DNA from: Desulfurococcales archaeon
GTDB lineage: Archaea > Thermoproteota > Thermoprotei_A > Sulfolobales > WAQK01
Direction of reading: 5' to 3'
Assembly: GCA_027083135.1 (NCBI GenBank)
Contig: JALWQH010000054.1
Coordinates: 6,648-70,647 of the forward strand
DNA: 64,000 nt
How positions within the stretch are numbered: position 1 is the first letter of the stretch; the number at the start of each line of letters is the position of its first letter. The position numbers and the translations under genes were made by a program. Below the pieces are notes generated by a model. The model was not told the origin of the DNA. It saw only the letters and a list, made by a program, of their open reading frames with translations, and searched no databases. Positions 1 through 9,053 of the stretch are shown piece by piece.

Positions 1-476
1 TTGTACCTCCTAAGACAAGGCTTAAGGATATCCTAAGAATAATAGCGGAGAACCTAGAGCATAAGAATTGGTTGCTTGCCTAGGCGGTAGACTGCTAGTA
101 CAAGGTATGTAGGAAAATAATGTTTGGGCATACAAGTATATATTCAAAGCCTCCTTATAGTATGCAGGGAACACCTTAATTTCTTTTTATCTGGCTCGTC
201 TTGCAATAGTCTTACCGGCATTGGATAGCTACTGCTCAGGCTTTGCATGTCTCGCTAGGTTTGCAGACCGCCTTGAAGCTCCTACTTCTCACCACTAGGC
301 ACACTACATGTTCAATAATGATTCAACTATAAGGCCTTCTATAGATGTTATTTATAGGAGACGCAGGCTTCCATAAGCATGGGATTGCGTTCCCACGGTA
401 GATTTGCAGTAATATTAAAAATACTCATTAATCTAGCAAGCTATTAACTAGAAAGTGAAAGTTTGGAAAATAAAAG

Positions 477-1688
477 CTAATATTTTTTCAATACTGTAAT
501 TACTATTCCTATCACTATAACTATTCCTACCACTGTTGCTAGGCTGGCTAGGCTGACCTTCCTTGCAGGATGAGTAAAGGGTGAGGAAATGGTGTTTGTC
601 GTGGATGTCGATGAGCCTGTTAGATTAGCTTGACTCGTCCTTGTTGCGGTAGTATGTGTAGTAATTAATGTCGTTGATATAACTGTTGATGAATGCGAAG
701 TATATGTAGTTATAACGGTTGCAGTTGATGTGGGGATTGGCCTAATAGTTGTCACTGTTTTTATAGGTAACAGGCTTGTTATGTTGAAGGGTTTAATCAG
801 CGGGTAATGATCAATATTATTATTACTGTTATTAACAATGTATGGTGTGTCGCCTATGCCATCCCCGTTAGAATCAACGCCACTATAGTCGCTCCAATAA
901 TTGCCTCCTGAAGGGTAGCCATTGTCCCAGACATTAACTGAATCCCTAGAATCCACTTGCACGGTGTTATTAATGAAGTCATTATGATAGAAATTATTGT
1001 TCGAAGAACCAAGGAGGCCTATACCATATGTATTGCCGCTTATCATATTATCCTGGATAATGTTGTTCGAGGAGCCAACTAGGCATAAACCATCATAATT
1101 CTTCCTTACTATATTATTATAGATTAGATTGTTGTCTGAAGAACTATATAGTACTATTCCGCCACTATTGCTTACCATATTGCTATAGATCCTATTGTTC
1201 GAAGAAGTGTAGAGAACAATGCCTATTTTATTCTTGCTTATCTTGTTACCATATATATTATTATCCGAGGAATCATGCATGACTACGCCTAAATACCTGT
1301 TGTTTATCGTGTTATTATATATGTTGCCATTTGAGAAGTTGGAAAGATATATGCCGTCTCTTAACCCTCCTGCTATTCTCACGTTTTCTATAGATACATT
1401 GCTCACGTTTTCAGCCGATATTCCCACTCCATCTCCCTTTATCATATGGTCGTTTCCATTCAGAACAACACTACTTGCCTCTATTGTTATCGCATTCTCA
1501 TCGGCTGCTGCATAGGCATCTGTATCCAGAATATATATCCCAGACTCAGTTATTGTGTATGGCAAGTGGTTAATATGATGAATGCTCTGCCCTGACGCAT
1601 TAACCTGTTGCCCTATTAAAATTAAAGAAGATGATAAAAGAAGAATTAGCACAATAAAAATAACGAAGACCCTATTCATATTCATCAT
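477..1688 (-). CDS. secreted parallel beta-helix (PbH1/NosD-like) repeat surface protein with Thr/Ser-rich stalk and C-terminal membrane anchor
   Basis: ORF track gives 477..1769. I moved the start to the ATG at 1688 (MMNMNRVFVIFIVLILLLSSSLILIG looks like a signal peptide or anchor). The body has about 10 tandem ~22-aa Asn-rich repeats (SDNNIYGNKISKN, SSNNRIYSNMVSN, SSNNIIQDNMISGN). These are followed by a T/S-rich stretch and a terminal hydrophobic helix ending KKY. The gene is clearly more AT-rich than the rest of the window. Confidence 0.6.
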   Translation of the reverse strand: MMNMNRVFVIFIVLILLLSSSLILIGQQVNASGQSIHHINHLPYTITESGIYILDTDAYAAADENAITIEASSVVLNGNDHMIKGDGVGISAENVSNVSIENVRIAGGLRDGIYLSNFSNGNIYNNTINNRYLGVVMHDSSDNNIYGNKISKNKIGIVLYTSSNNRIYSNMVSNSGGIVLYSSSDNNLIYNNIVRKNYDGLCLVGSSNNIIQDNMISGNTYGIGLLGSSNNNFYHNDFINNTVQVDSRDSVNVWDNGYPSGGNYWSDYSGVDSNGDGIGDTPYIVNNSNNNIDHYPLIKPFNITSLLPIKTVTTIRPIPTSTATVITTYTSHSSTVISTTLITTHTTATRTSQANLTGSSTSTTNTISSPFTHPARKVSLASLATVVGIVIVIGIVITVLKKY

Positions 1689-2591
1689 CGCCTTTAAATA
1701 CAAGGCATACTGCTGAGAATAAAAACTTTTGGCAATCCTATGATTAGCCGATGAAACAAGAAAATGCAAAAACCTAGCCTAACATTCATTTAAAACAATA
1801 ACTAGTTATTCATTTGAACAGAGAAGTTTAAAACAACTGGCACTTAGTAATTGCTGATAGCGATGGCATCTATGGGTAGCAGGGTTATCACTACTGGACT
1901 GCCTCCATATATCTTAGAAGACGAGGCTGAGAAGATGATAAATAAAGTCATAGCGAGGCTGGGAGGCAGAGTTAAGTGCTGATGAGGTTAAGAGGAAGAT
2001 TAAAATAAAGTCTGAGAAATTAGCTGAGGAAATCCGCTATTCACCCAACCTTAAACTTATAAGATAATAAAATTACATTAAAAATTTATAATACAAAGAA
2101 AACATTGGCGGCTAGCCGTAGAGTATAAGGCTTACGATAAGTAGGTTAATACTTGCCGTGACCTTCTGGATGCCCTGATTCCTAGTCACGAGTATTACCG
2201 CCTGGGTCTGCGGTATGTAATACCAGGACAGACCTTAGTTTAGACTAATAAATCCATGGGAGGGGCTTTAAGGCAATTTAGTGGCGCCCCCTGCTTATAT
2301 GCCCCGGAGATTCCTCGGCATCATCGTCCCCTCTTAGAAGCCTGAAGTACAGGTAAAACTTCTCTGCATTTCCCGTTAAGATGGAGGGATACGCCCATAA
2401 CAGATTCCTCAATACTACTAGTATGAGCGGGGTGGAGGCTCATTCCCAGGGCTGGCTTAAGGGTATTTGAAAACTAGGTAGAGGACTGCAGTGGATATGT
2501 TTGTATCCATACCTAGTGGTTGTTTCTAGCACCTATTGCCTGGCCGCGGATCTTTAGTTACCTGTCTTGATATCCCACCGAGACATTGTGG

Positions 2592-2902
2592 GTGTACTTG
2601 AGATTGAGGCGAAGGCTCCCAGGACTCTCGGAGCGTGAAGTCGTAGAACCGCTCGCCAAGAGATTCGGGCTCACCGTGAGAAGGGGGAGCCATATGGTCC
2701 TAGCAAGTACGCTGATAATAGGAAGGTTGTAACCGTCGTGCTTCCTCACTTAGAGCTAAAGCTTGGCACGCTTCTTGGAGTACTTGAACTGGCAGAAATA
2801 GGTAGAGAGGAATTCCTGAAGGCATATAAAAAGACTGCTAAAAAGGAATTTACAGAAACCTTAAAAGACCCATGCTTAAGAAGCTGTTCAAAACCCTATT
2901 AG
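2592..2902 (+). pseudogene. HicA/YcfA-like toxin gene, frameshifted
   Basis: Frame 1 reads ..RRLPGLSEREVVEPLAKRFGLTVRRGSHMVL and then stops. The expected continuation (NRKVVTVVLPHLELKLGTLLGVLELAEIGREEFLKAY) is in another frame starting near 2700. Together they resemble the HicA pattern (..GSHxxL..VTVPxH.ELkxGTL..). Confidence 0.4.
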
Positions 2903-2940
2903 TTGCCTTTGAAGTACATAGTGTGTAGGGGGTATGTGGA

Positions 2941-3267
2941 GTGCAGATAGTGAAGCGTAGCGAGCTTGCGTTGTCTGAGAGCGGGCTACGGTTATTGCTG
3001 AGAGCCCTCAGAGCCGAGGCTAGGAGGCTAGAGCTTGAAATAGCTGCTACGAGGGAGAGGATAAGGATGTTTGAGGAAAAATATATGAGATGAACTCCTC
3101 CGAGTTCATGTCAAAGTATACTAAGGGGGGAGCTGAGGGATGAGGAGGAGTTCATGGAGTGATATGGAGAGCTGGTCTTCCTTGAGAAGGCGATTAGGGA
3201 GCTAGAGGAGCTGAGAAGAATTGCAGGCACAGCCTCTCAAAGCCTATCTAGAAAGAGTCAGGGCTAA
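2941..3267 (+). pseudogene. small coiled-coil protein gene (family not identified) with three lesions
   Basis: The reading frame VQIVKRSELALSESGLRLLLRALRAEARRLELEIAATRERIRMFEEKY is broken near 3088. The next piece (MNSSEFMSKYTKGG) is broken again at a G6 run near 3125. The third piece reads ..RDEEEFME-TGA-YGELVFLEKAIRELEELRRIA, with TGA where a Trp (TGG) codon fits the context. Confidence 0.4.
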
Positions 3268-3310
3268 GTTAGAGGAGATTGAACCATTAACCTCGAATGC
3301 TAAGCTATGA

Positions 3311-3601
3311 ATAAACTGGAGAGTACCAACAAGGCTTGTCTTAAAGGGTGTAATAGTCTTCATAGATGGGTCGAAGCCGCACTTCTTAGAATATGTTTCC
3401 GTTGAAGAGGATAGCCTGGCGAGAATAGTATATCGGTTCCACTACGCTAAGCCGAACGATCAACTAGTATTCCGCTATGACAATGCGCCACACTATCCAG
3501 GCATCCCAACGCACCCCCATCACAAGCACCTTGCCGATGGCACCGTAGTCCCATCAACGGAGAAGTTGTTGCCGGAGGTACTTGAGGAGGTAAAACACTG
3601 A
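3311..3601 (+). pseudogene. TumE/DUF6516-like toxin fragment without a usable start codon
   Basis: 96-codon open frame ending ..VYRFHYAKPNDQLVFRYDNAPHYPGIPTHPHHKHLADG.. (the YDNAPH..P.HPHHKH signature as I recall it for DUF6516). It begins right after a TGA at 3308 and has no ATG, GTG or TTG near its 5' end. Confidence 0.4.
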
Positions 3602-3876
3602 TGATGAGGCAACTCCCCGAGGAGAAGCTGGAGCAACAAAACTCGTCGAAAGAATCATAGCCTGCTTTCGGCTAATAGGGGAGACACCTACAATTAAACA
3701 GAATTTCCGTAGGCTATCCCTTCATATCCAGCCTCCTAGCAAACATAGACCACGTCGAAAAGCAGCACTAACGCCAAGGCCACTTAAGCTCAGTTGCTAT
3801 GCCACTAGCCTGCACAGCTAAATCCCCGTCAGCCCTATCCACTATCATTGTGGTTGTGATGGTTAGGAGGTGTTTG

Positions 3877-3972
3877 TGGAGCCGCCGGCGGGATTCGAAC
3901 CCGCGGCCACCGGCTTACAAGGCCGGCGCTTTCGGCCAGGAATTCTCCTCTACCGGGCTGAGCTACGGCGGC
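3877..3972 (-). tRNA. tRNA-Thr (anticodon UGU) with a ~19-nt intron in the D-arm; CCA encoded
   Basis: Minus strand: GCCGCCG-TA-GCTC-AGCCCGGTA-GAG[GAGAATTCCTGGCCGAAAG]C-G-CCGGC-CTTGTAA-GCCGG-TGGCC-GCGGG-TTCGAAT-CCCGC-CGGCGGC-T-CCA. The cloverleaf closes only if the bracketed insert is removed. Hand-folded. Confidence 0.8.
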
Positions 3973-4042
3973 TCCTCAGCCCTGCTTTGTGTTTCTCGGA
4001 TAGCTTTTTTGTTTTGCGGGGTTACGTAGGGGTTGATGAGAG

Positions 4043-4996
4043 TTGAGGCTTTCAAGGATAGGTGAGTATGGTTTCCACAGGTTGGTGTTAGGCCTTGTGG
4101 AGGGGTCGGGCTGTATTGTTGGGCCAGGTGATGATGCTGGATGCCTCCCCCTGAATGATGGGTTTGTACTGCTAAATATTGATGGCTATGATGTGTCTCG
4201 AGCCATGCTTCCCTGGAACACATGGTATGATATTGGATGGAAGGCTGCTGTAGCCTCTATGAGTGACCTCGTAGCCAAGAATGCCAGGCCTCTGGGGTTG
4301 ATGGTTAGCATGGGGTTCAGGCCTGATGATGACAGCATGGTTGTGTTGGAGGCTGTGAGGGGTGTGAGGGATGCTGCTAGGCGTCACGGAGCCATGCTTC
4401 TAGGAGGAGACACTAATTCATCCGAGGCCAGGTGGATAGACGTGGCTGCCGTGGGTTATTCTAGGAGGCCTGTGCCTAGGAAGGGGGCTAGGCCTGGAGA
4501 CATAGTGGCGGTATCCGGGAGCTTCGGCCTCACAGGCGCAGGCTTCCATGCCTACAGGGAGGGCGTAGATCTGAGGGAGTGGCCTGGAATAAGGGAGGCC
4601 ACCAGCAGGCCCTCCCTACCCTTATGGCTCCTCGACTATGGAGAGAGGATGAATGAATGCATACATGCAGCCATAGATGTGAGCGACGGGCTTGCAGCAT
4701 CACTCCACCTGCTAGCAGAGGCTAGCGGTGTGAGAATAGTCTTGGAGGACGTGCCCATCCATCAGGAGGCTAGGCTGTACGCTGAGAAACACGGCTTAGA
4801 TCCCCTTCAACTAGCATTATATGGTGGGGAGGAGTATGAGGTCATAGTGGTCATAGATGAGGCTTGCAGGCCTCCATCTAAAGCACATGTCGTGGGGAGG
4901 ATTGAGGAGGGAGGGGGAGTCTATATGGATTCGAAGCCTATTGAGAAGGGAGGCTGGGACCAGTTCCTAAGCTCACAGCGAGAGCAGCAGGACTGA
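4043..4996 (+). CDS. thiL: thiamine-monophosphate kinase (AIR synthase-related fold)
   Basis: TTG start. N-terminus LSRIGEYGFHRLV..GPGDDAG, then DGYDV and GGDTN motifs. The 317-aa length is typical of ThiL. Confidence 0.65.
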   Translation: MRLSRIGEYGFHRLVLGLVEGSGCIVGPGDDAGCLPLNDGFVLLNIDGYDVSRAMLPWNTWYDIGWKAAVASMSDLVAKNARPLGLMVSMGFRPDDDSMVVLEAVRGVRDAARRHGAMLLGGDTNSSEARWIDVAAVGYSRRPVPRKGARPGDIVAVSGSFGLTGAGFHAYREGVDLREWPGIREATSRPSLPLWLLDYGERMNECIHAAIDVSDGLAASLHLLAEASGVRIVLEDVPIHQEARLYAEKHGLDPLQLALYGGEEYEVIVVIDEACRPPSKAHVVGRIEEGGGVYMDSKPIEKGGWDQFLSSQREQQD

Positions 4997-5392
4997 AACC
5001 AGGGCTAAAGCTATTCCCAGAGCATGGCGTAGAGTAATATTTTCTCCCAGGAGAAGCACTGAGAGAATCACTGTTACAGCGGGATACATTGCCGTCATAG
5101 GCACAACTATGGATACCCTTCCATGCTGAACAGCTATCACAAGGAATATGTAGCCGAGAGTACCCATAAGACCGGCAGCGAAGGCATACCCTACGTTCAC
5201 CCTCGACACAGCCAGACTCCCCCTAAACACAGCCAGCATGACCAGCATAACGGCCAGTATGGCTAGATTACTATAGAAGTACAGCTGATACCACGTCACC
5301 CCTACAGAAGCATACTTCAAGGCTACTCCCCAGGCACCCCACAACAACAATGCGAGGAGCGCTGCCGCAAGCCACATCAGCTTAACCACCAA
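4973..5392 (-). CDS. small 4-TM EamA/DMT-superfamily-like membrane protein
   Basis: 139 aa with four hydrophobic helices, resembling a half-size EamA domain. Confidence 0.5.
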   Translation of the reverse strand: MVVKLMWLAAALLALLLWGAWGVALKYASVGVTWYQLYFYSNLAILAVMLVMLAVFRGSLAVSRVNVGYAFAAGLMGTLGYIFLVIAVQHGRVSIVVPMTAMYPAVTVILSVLLLGENITLRHALGIALALVSVLLLSL

Positions 5393-5552
5393 TAATACTT
5401 CGCATTAAAGCCGCATTTATTTCTAGCCTAATCCTACTACACCTATAGAGCGGAATCCCTGACTCGGGGGAATGTTATTGCATCTGCCTCCGAAGGCTAC
5501 AGGCCCTCTAAACACGCCTGCTCTAAATGCATGTGCTTCAAAGCGCAAACGC

Positions 5553-5559
5553 TTATATA
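5553..5559 (+). promoter_or_regulatory. TATA-box-like element upstream of the S25e gene
   Basis: TTATATA lies about 40 nt upstream of the TTG start at 5597. Assigned by position and sequence only. Confidence 0.3.
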
Positions 5560-5596
5560 GGGTCCTCTTAACCATGCTCGAAGGGGATTAAGGGCT

Positions 5597-5887
5597 TTGC
5601 CTAAGCAGAGGAAAGGTAGGAAGGAGGCATACGCGGAGAAGGGGCAGCGTGGAATAGTTCAGCAAGCCTACTATGATGTAGGCCTCCCAGAGGAGCTTGT
5701 GAGAAGAGTTGAGAGGGAGGCTAAAAGCGCATCCTACCTTACCCCCTACCTCATCCACAGCAAGTATGGGGTAAGCATGACTACTGCTAGGAGAATACTT
5801 AGGGAATTGGAGAAGCGCGGCGTTCTTAAACTATACTCTCCTGGACGCAGATCCCCGATCTACGTGCCTGCATCAGGAAAATCCTAG
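5597..5887 (+). CDS. rps25e: 30S ribosomal protein S25e
   Basis: Basic N-terminus MPKQRKGRKE.. and a C-terminal winged-helix segment LTPYLIHSKYGVSMTTARRILRELEKRGVLKL. 96 aa, TTG start. Confidence 0.8.
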   Translation: MPKQRKGRKEAYAEKGQRGIVQQAYYDVGLPEELVRRVEREAKSASYLTPYLIHSKYGVSMTTARRILRELEKRGVLKLYSPGRRSPIYVPASGKS

Positions 5888-6513
5888 GTGTATCCCAGCG
5901 ACTCTATGTATTTCAGGTCAGCCCACCTGGGATTCACCGACCATGCTTCAGCCCAAAGCTCGTCTAGAACCCTGTATAACGCTTCCAGAGGCTCTAAGCC
6001 CTCCTCCAATACAAGCCCCGCAACCCTCCTGTAATGCTCCTTGAGCTCCCAGGAGTAGTGTTGAACAAGCTTCACAGGCACTCTCGCCACACTATCCTCA
6101 CCTACTCCAGGACACTTTGTATCAAGGTAGAGGTGATCCACGCTTGGAGAGGGGAGAATGAGGGGGTACAGCCTGCATTTAAGGGGTCTGGCCTCATAGA
6201 TCCTGCACCTAGCTTTATTCTCCGAGACCCTCTCCATGAAGACGCATTCCCCGTTCCCCGTATCCCTGAGAGACATGAATGGGAGGATATCGGCTATTAT
6301 CACCTTAACAAAACTCTCCAAAACCTGCCTCCAATGCATCTTCAAGTACCTAGCAATCCTTATGACATCAAATACCGTGAGGGATACGTTAGGCCCTGTG
6401 CCGCAGCAGTAGTCGCATCCTATGCACCTGAACTTAAAGGTCTCGCCAGGCCTAATCCTAGCATAACTGCTCCACAAGCCGCTTCCCCATGCTGGGAAGG
6501 CAATAAATCCCAC
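5884..6513 (-). CDS. YkgJ/UPF0153-family cysteine-cluster (Zn/Fe-chelating) protein
   Basis: CIGCDYCC motif followed by further spaced Cys residues (CVFM, CRIY, CRLYP, KCPG). Confidence 0.55.
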   Translation of the reverse strand: MGFIAFPAWGSGLWSSYARIRPGETFKFRCIGCDYCCGTGPNVSLTVFDVIRIARYLKMHWRQVLESFVKVIIADILPFMSLRDTGNGECVFMERVSENKARCRIYEARPLKCRLYPLILPSPSVDHLYLDTKCPGVGEDSVARVPVKLVQHYSWELKEHYRRVAGLVLEEGLEPLEALYRVLDELWAEAWSVNPRWADLKYIESLGYT

Positions 6514-6533
6514 ACCATATAATTGTTACCCGA

Positions 6534-6953
6534 GTGGCAGGGTTGAGGCTTATACCTAGATGCAAGGTCTGGCTGGAGACTGAGGAGGGCTTTATCCTCG
6601 GCCCTGGAGGCCTGGAGATCCTGGAGGCCGTGGAGAGGAGAGGCTCGCTTAAAGCAGCCTCGGAGGAGTTGGGCATGTCGTACAAGTTTGTCTGGACCTA
6701 TATTAGGAGGCTTGAGGGAAGCCTAGGCGTAAGGATCCTGGAGACGAGGAGGGGGGGATACAGGCATGGAGGCTCATCCCTCACACCCTGCGGTGAGAGG
6801 CTGTTAGAGGCGTATAAGGGCCTCCTAGAAGCCGCGGAGGAGGCGTGCCGCAAATATAGGGGGGTGATAAACGAACTACTCGTTAGAGGCGAGTGCCGTG
6901 GCTCTCGGGAAAGCAGTTTACCGGATAGTAGCTACAGGCAGCGGGAAGGGTAA
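6534..6953 (+). CDS. ModE-N-like (LysR-type) winged-helix regulator
   Basis: GPGGLEILEAVERRGSLKAASEELGMSYKFVWTYIRRLE..LETRRGG is the ModE N-terminal HTH pattern. The 3' end overlaps the mobB start, so the true stop or overlap is uncertain. Confidence 0.5.
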   Translation: MAGLRLIPRCKVWLETEEGFILGPGGLEILEAVERRGSLKAASEELGMSYKFVWTYIRRLEGSLGVRILETRRGGYRHGGSSLTPCGERLLEAYKGLLEAAEEACRKYRGVINELLVRGECRGSRESSLPDSSYRQREG

Positions 6954-7698
6954 GACCAGCCTAGGCGTAGGCCTCGTGAAAGAGCTCTCCGCTAGAGGCT
7001 ACAAGGTAGCCGTGGTGAAGCATGCTTCAAAAGGCCTGGATGTGGAGGGCAAGGATACTAGGAGATATGCGGAAGCAGGGGCAAGGATCATCGTGGCATC
7101 CTCGCCCTCAGAGACAATGATCATGCTTCCCGAAGGTATGGAGGACCCGGATCTCCTGGCACCCCTCATACCATCCTCCATATTCATAGTGCTTGTAGAA
7201 GGCTTCAGGCATAGTAAGAGGGGGAAGAAGATCATAGTTGCCGAGGAGCCTGGGGAATTAGAGGAGCTTAGATGCAGTCCGCGCGACACGCTGCTAGTGG
7301 TCTCCGACAACCCCGAGGTTATAGGCAGGGCTGAGGAGAAGGGATGCGCTGCAAGCAGGCCTGAGGACATAGAAGCAATAGCAGGCAGAATAGCAGGTGA
7401 TGCTGTGGAGGAGGCTCTTAAAATGCTTCCAGGAGCAGACTGCGGGTACTGCGGATACCCTACATGCAGGATGTTCGCCGAGCATGTAGCTAAAGGTGAG
7501 AAAACATTGGCTGACTGCCCTCTAATCACAGGCGTCGAGGTGGTTGTAGATGGGGTGAGAGTACCCTTAAACCCATATGTGAGAAGCGTGTTTAGAAGCA
7601 TGGCGAGAGCACTGGTATCGACTCTTAAGGGCGTCCCAGAGAATCCGAGGAGCATTGTGATAAGGGTGGAGGAGAGCGGGGAGAAGAGGGGAGGCTAG
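6898..7698 (+). CDS. mobB: molybdopterin-guanine dinucleotide biosynthesis adapter MobB with a C-terminal Cys-cluster domain
   Basis: GTG start. P-loop ATGSGKGKTS and YKVAVVKH, plus a C-terminal CGYCGYPTC..C motif. Confidence 0.7.
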   Translation: MALGKAVYRIVATGSGKGKTSLGVGLVKELSARGYKVAVVKHASKGLDVEGKDTRRYAEAGARIIVASSPSETMIMLPEGMEDPDLLAPLIPSSIFIVLVEGFRHSKRGKKIIVAEEPGELEELRCSPRDTLLVVSDNPEVIGRAEEKGCAASRPEDIEAIAGRIAGDAVEEALKMLPGADCGYCGYPTCRMFAEHVAKGEKTLADCPLITGVEVVVDGVRVPLNPYVRSVFRSMARALVSTLKGVPENPRSIVIRVEESGEKRGG

Positions 7699-8201
7699 CC
7701 CTCCTTAAGCATGGCGTCAGCCTCGCCTGCTATGAAGCCCCTTATACTCCTATAAGTATCCTCCAAGGCTTGGGGGATGACCCTCGTATCGCTTATCACA
7801 GGCATAAAGTTGGTGTCGCCGAGCCACCGCGGCACAATGTGCACATGCACGTGTTCAGCGAACCCTGCTCCAGCCACCCTGCCAATATTCACGCCCACGT
7901 TGAAGCCATCGGGGCTTAGAGCCTTCTCCAGGCCCTTAATAGAGGCCTGTACAAGCACCCCTATCTCAACCACCTCGTCTCTGCTGAGATCAGCTAGGCT
8001 GGCTACATGTCTGTAGGGAGCCACCATTACGTGGCCCGTATTATACGGGTACTTGTTCATCATTATGTATGAGAGCCTCGCCCTGTAGATTATGAGGGCC
8101 TCCTCATCCCTCCTCCTAGGAGCAGTGCAGAATATGCATTCCCTTATCCTGTCAGCCTCCTCCACATACTTCATCCTCCAAGGAGCCCAGAGCCTCTTCA
8201 C
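7695..8201 (-). CDS. HIT-family nucleotide hydrolase/transferase
   Basis: Histidine triad HVHVHIVPRW and an N-terminal CIFC motif. Confidence 0.7.
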   Translation of the reverse strand: MKRLWAPWRMKYVEEADRIRECIFCTAPRRRDEEALIIYRARLSYIMMNKYPYNTGHVMVAPYRHVASLADLSRDEVVEIGVLVQASIKGLEKALSPDGFNVGVNIGRVAGAGFAEHVHVHIVPRWLGDTNFMPVISDTRVIPQALEDTYRSIRGFIAGEADAMLKEG

Positions 8202-8258
8202 GGCGGCGTTTCACCGGGAAGGTGGGTGGCTTGGAGGGAAAAATTTCCTCTCCTCAGG

Positions 8259-9053
8259 CTAGATTATCCTTAAGGCTTGTAGAAGCATTATGAGGAGCCT
8301 GTCTCCAGCCATAAGCCCTGCAATATACCCTGCCGTCATGGGTATGAGGAAGGGGACGCCATAGGTAACCCAGATCACCTGCTCGCCGCTCACCGCTCCT
8401 CTCTCCATGAGGCTTCTAAGAATCCTCTTATGCTCGCCTGGATCCTCATCTATGTCGAAGGAGGATCTAAATCTGGGTTCACCTGACCTATAGTCCTCTA
8501 GGGGGAATAGCCAGGCATCGCTTTCAACATACCTCTTGATCTTCATGGGTATAGCTGTAGCCGCAGCAACTAGTCTGAGCTTCAGGCTTCTAATCCTCCT
8601 GAGCTCCCCTCTATGGAGAGCCAGGTTGTAGAGCATAACGGCTGGAACCGCTATGAGGAACGCTGCAGCAGAGTATACTAGGATGTCGAGGAGGAAAGGC
8701 ATAAGCGACCTAAGCATGGGGGGCCAGGGATGAGCAGCGATCATCATGGCTGAGGCGAATAAATCCCCCCCGCCCATCATTCCAACATAGTATAATGCTC
8801 CAACCAAGCCTAATGCCAGGAGGCTTCCAGCAAGACCCGCCGCAACGTAGCCTGCGCCCCGAGTCGACAATACGTACGGTGCCTCCAGAGCCGAGACCAC
8901 GGCTAGGGGTGTTGAAGCATAAAGCCATAGGCGTGGCTCAACCTCCCTCGTCTTAAAATCAAGCCAGGAGGCATAGATCATCACCGATAAGGCCACCGTA
9001 ATTTTAAGTAGCTCGGCAGCCCTGAAGACGCTGGGATGCATTGCTAACCACAT
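8259..9053 (-). CDS. A24-family archaeal prepilin/preflagellin peptidase (PibD/FlaK-like)
   Basis: Polytopic protein. First catalytic Asp context is ASWLDFKTREV. Second is the GGGDLFAS (GxGD-type) motif. Confidence 0.7.
   Translation of the reverse strand: MWLAMHPSVFRAAELLKITVALSVMIYASWLDFKTREVEPRLWLYASTPLAVVSALEAPYVLSTRGAGYVAAGLAGSLLALGLVGALYYVGMMGGGDLFASAMMIAAHPWPPMLRSLMPFLLDILVYSAAAFLIAVPAVMLYNLALHRGELRRIRSLKLRLVAAATAIPMKIKRYVESDAWLFPLEDYRSGEPRFRSSFDIDEDPGEHKRILRSLMERGAVSGEQVIWVTYGVPFLIPMTAGYIAGLMAGDRLLIMLLQALRII

Noticed and set aside
1860-2070. Small ORF MASMGSRVITTGLPPYILEDEAEKMINKVIARLGGRVKC followed, in another frame, by ..EVKRKIKIKSEKLAEEIRYSPNLKLIR
   Set aside because: It may be another frameshifted small gene, but I cannot assign a family or verify that the two pieces belong together. 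I mention it only within the decayed-region finding.
6999-7655. Long antisense ORFs opposite well-supported genes. Examples: 1219-1515, 6034-6522, 6999-7655, 12961-13431, 14403-14873, 17278-17634, 20733-21140, 23350-23850, 31249-31773, 39598-40089, 43547-44011, 59225-59683
   Set aside because: Each lies opposite a gene with clear family motifs (MobB, ThrRS-ed, K+ channel, SRP54, ABC permease, SDR and others). Their products are Ser/Pro/Arg/Leu-rich without motifs, which is typical shadow-ORF behaviour in GC-moderate archaeal DNA.
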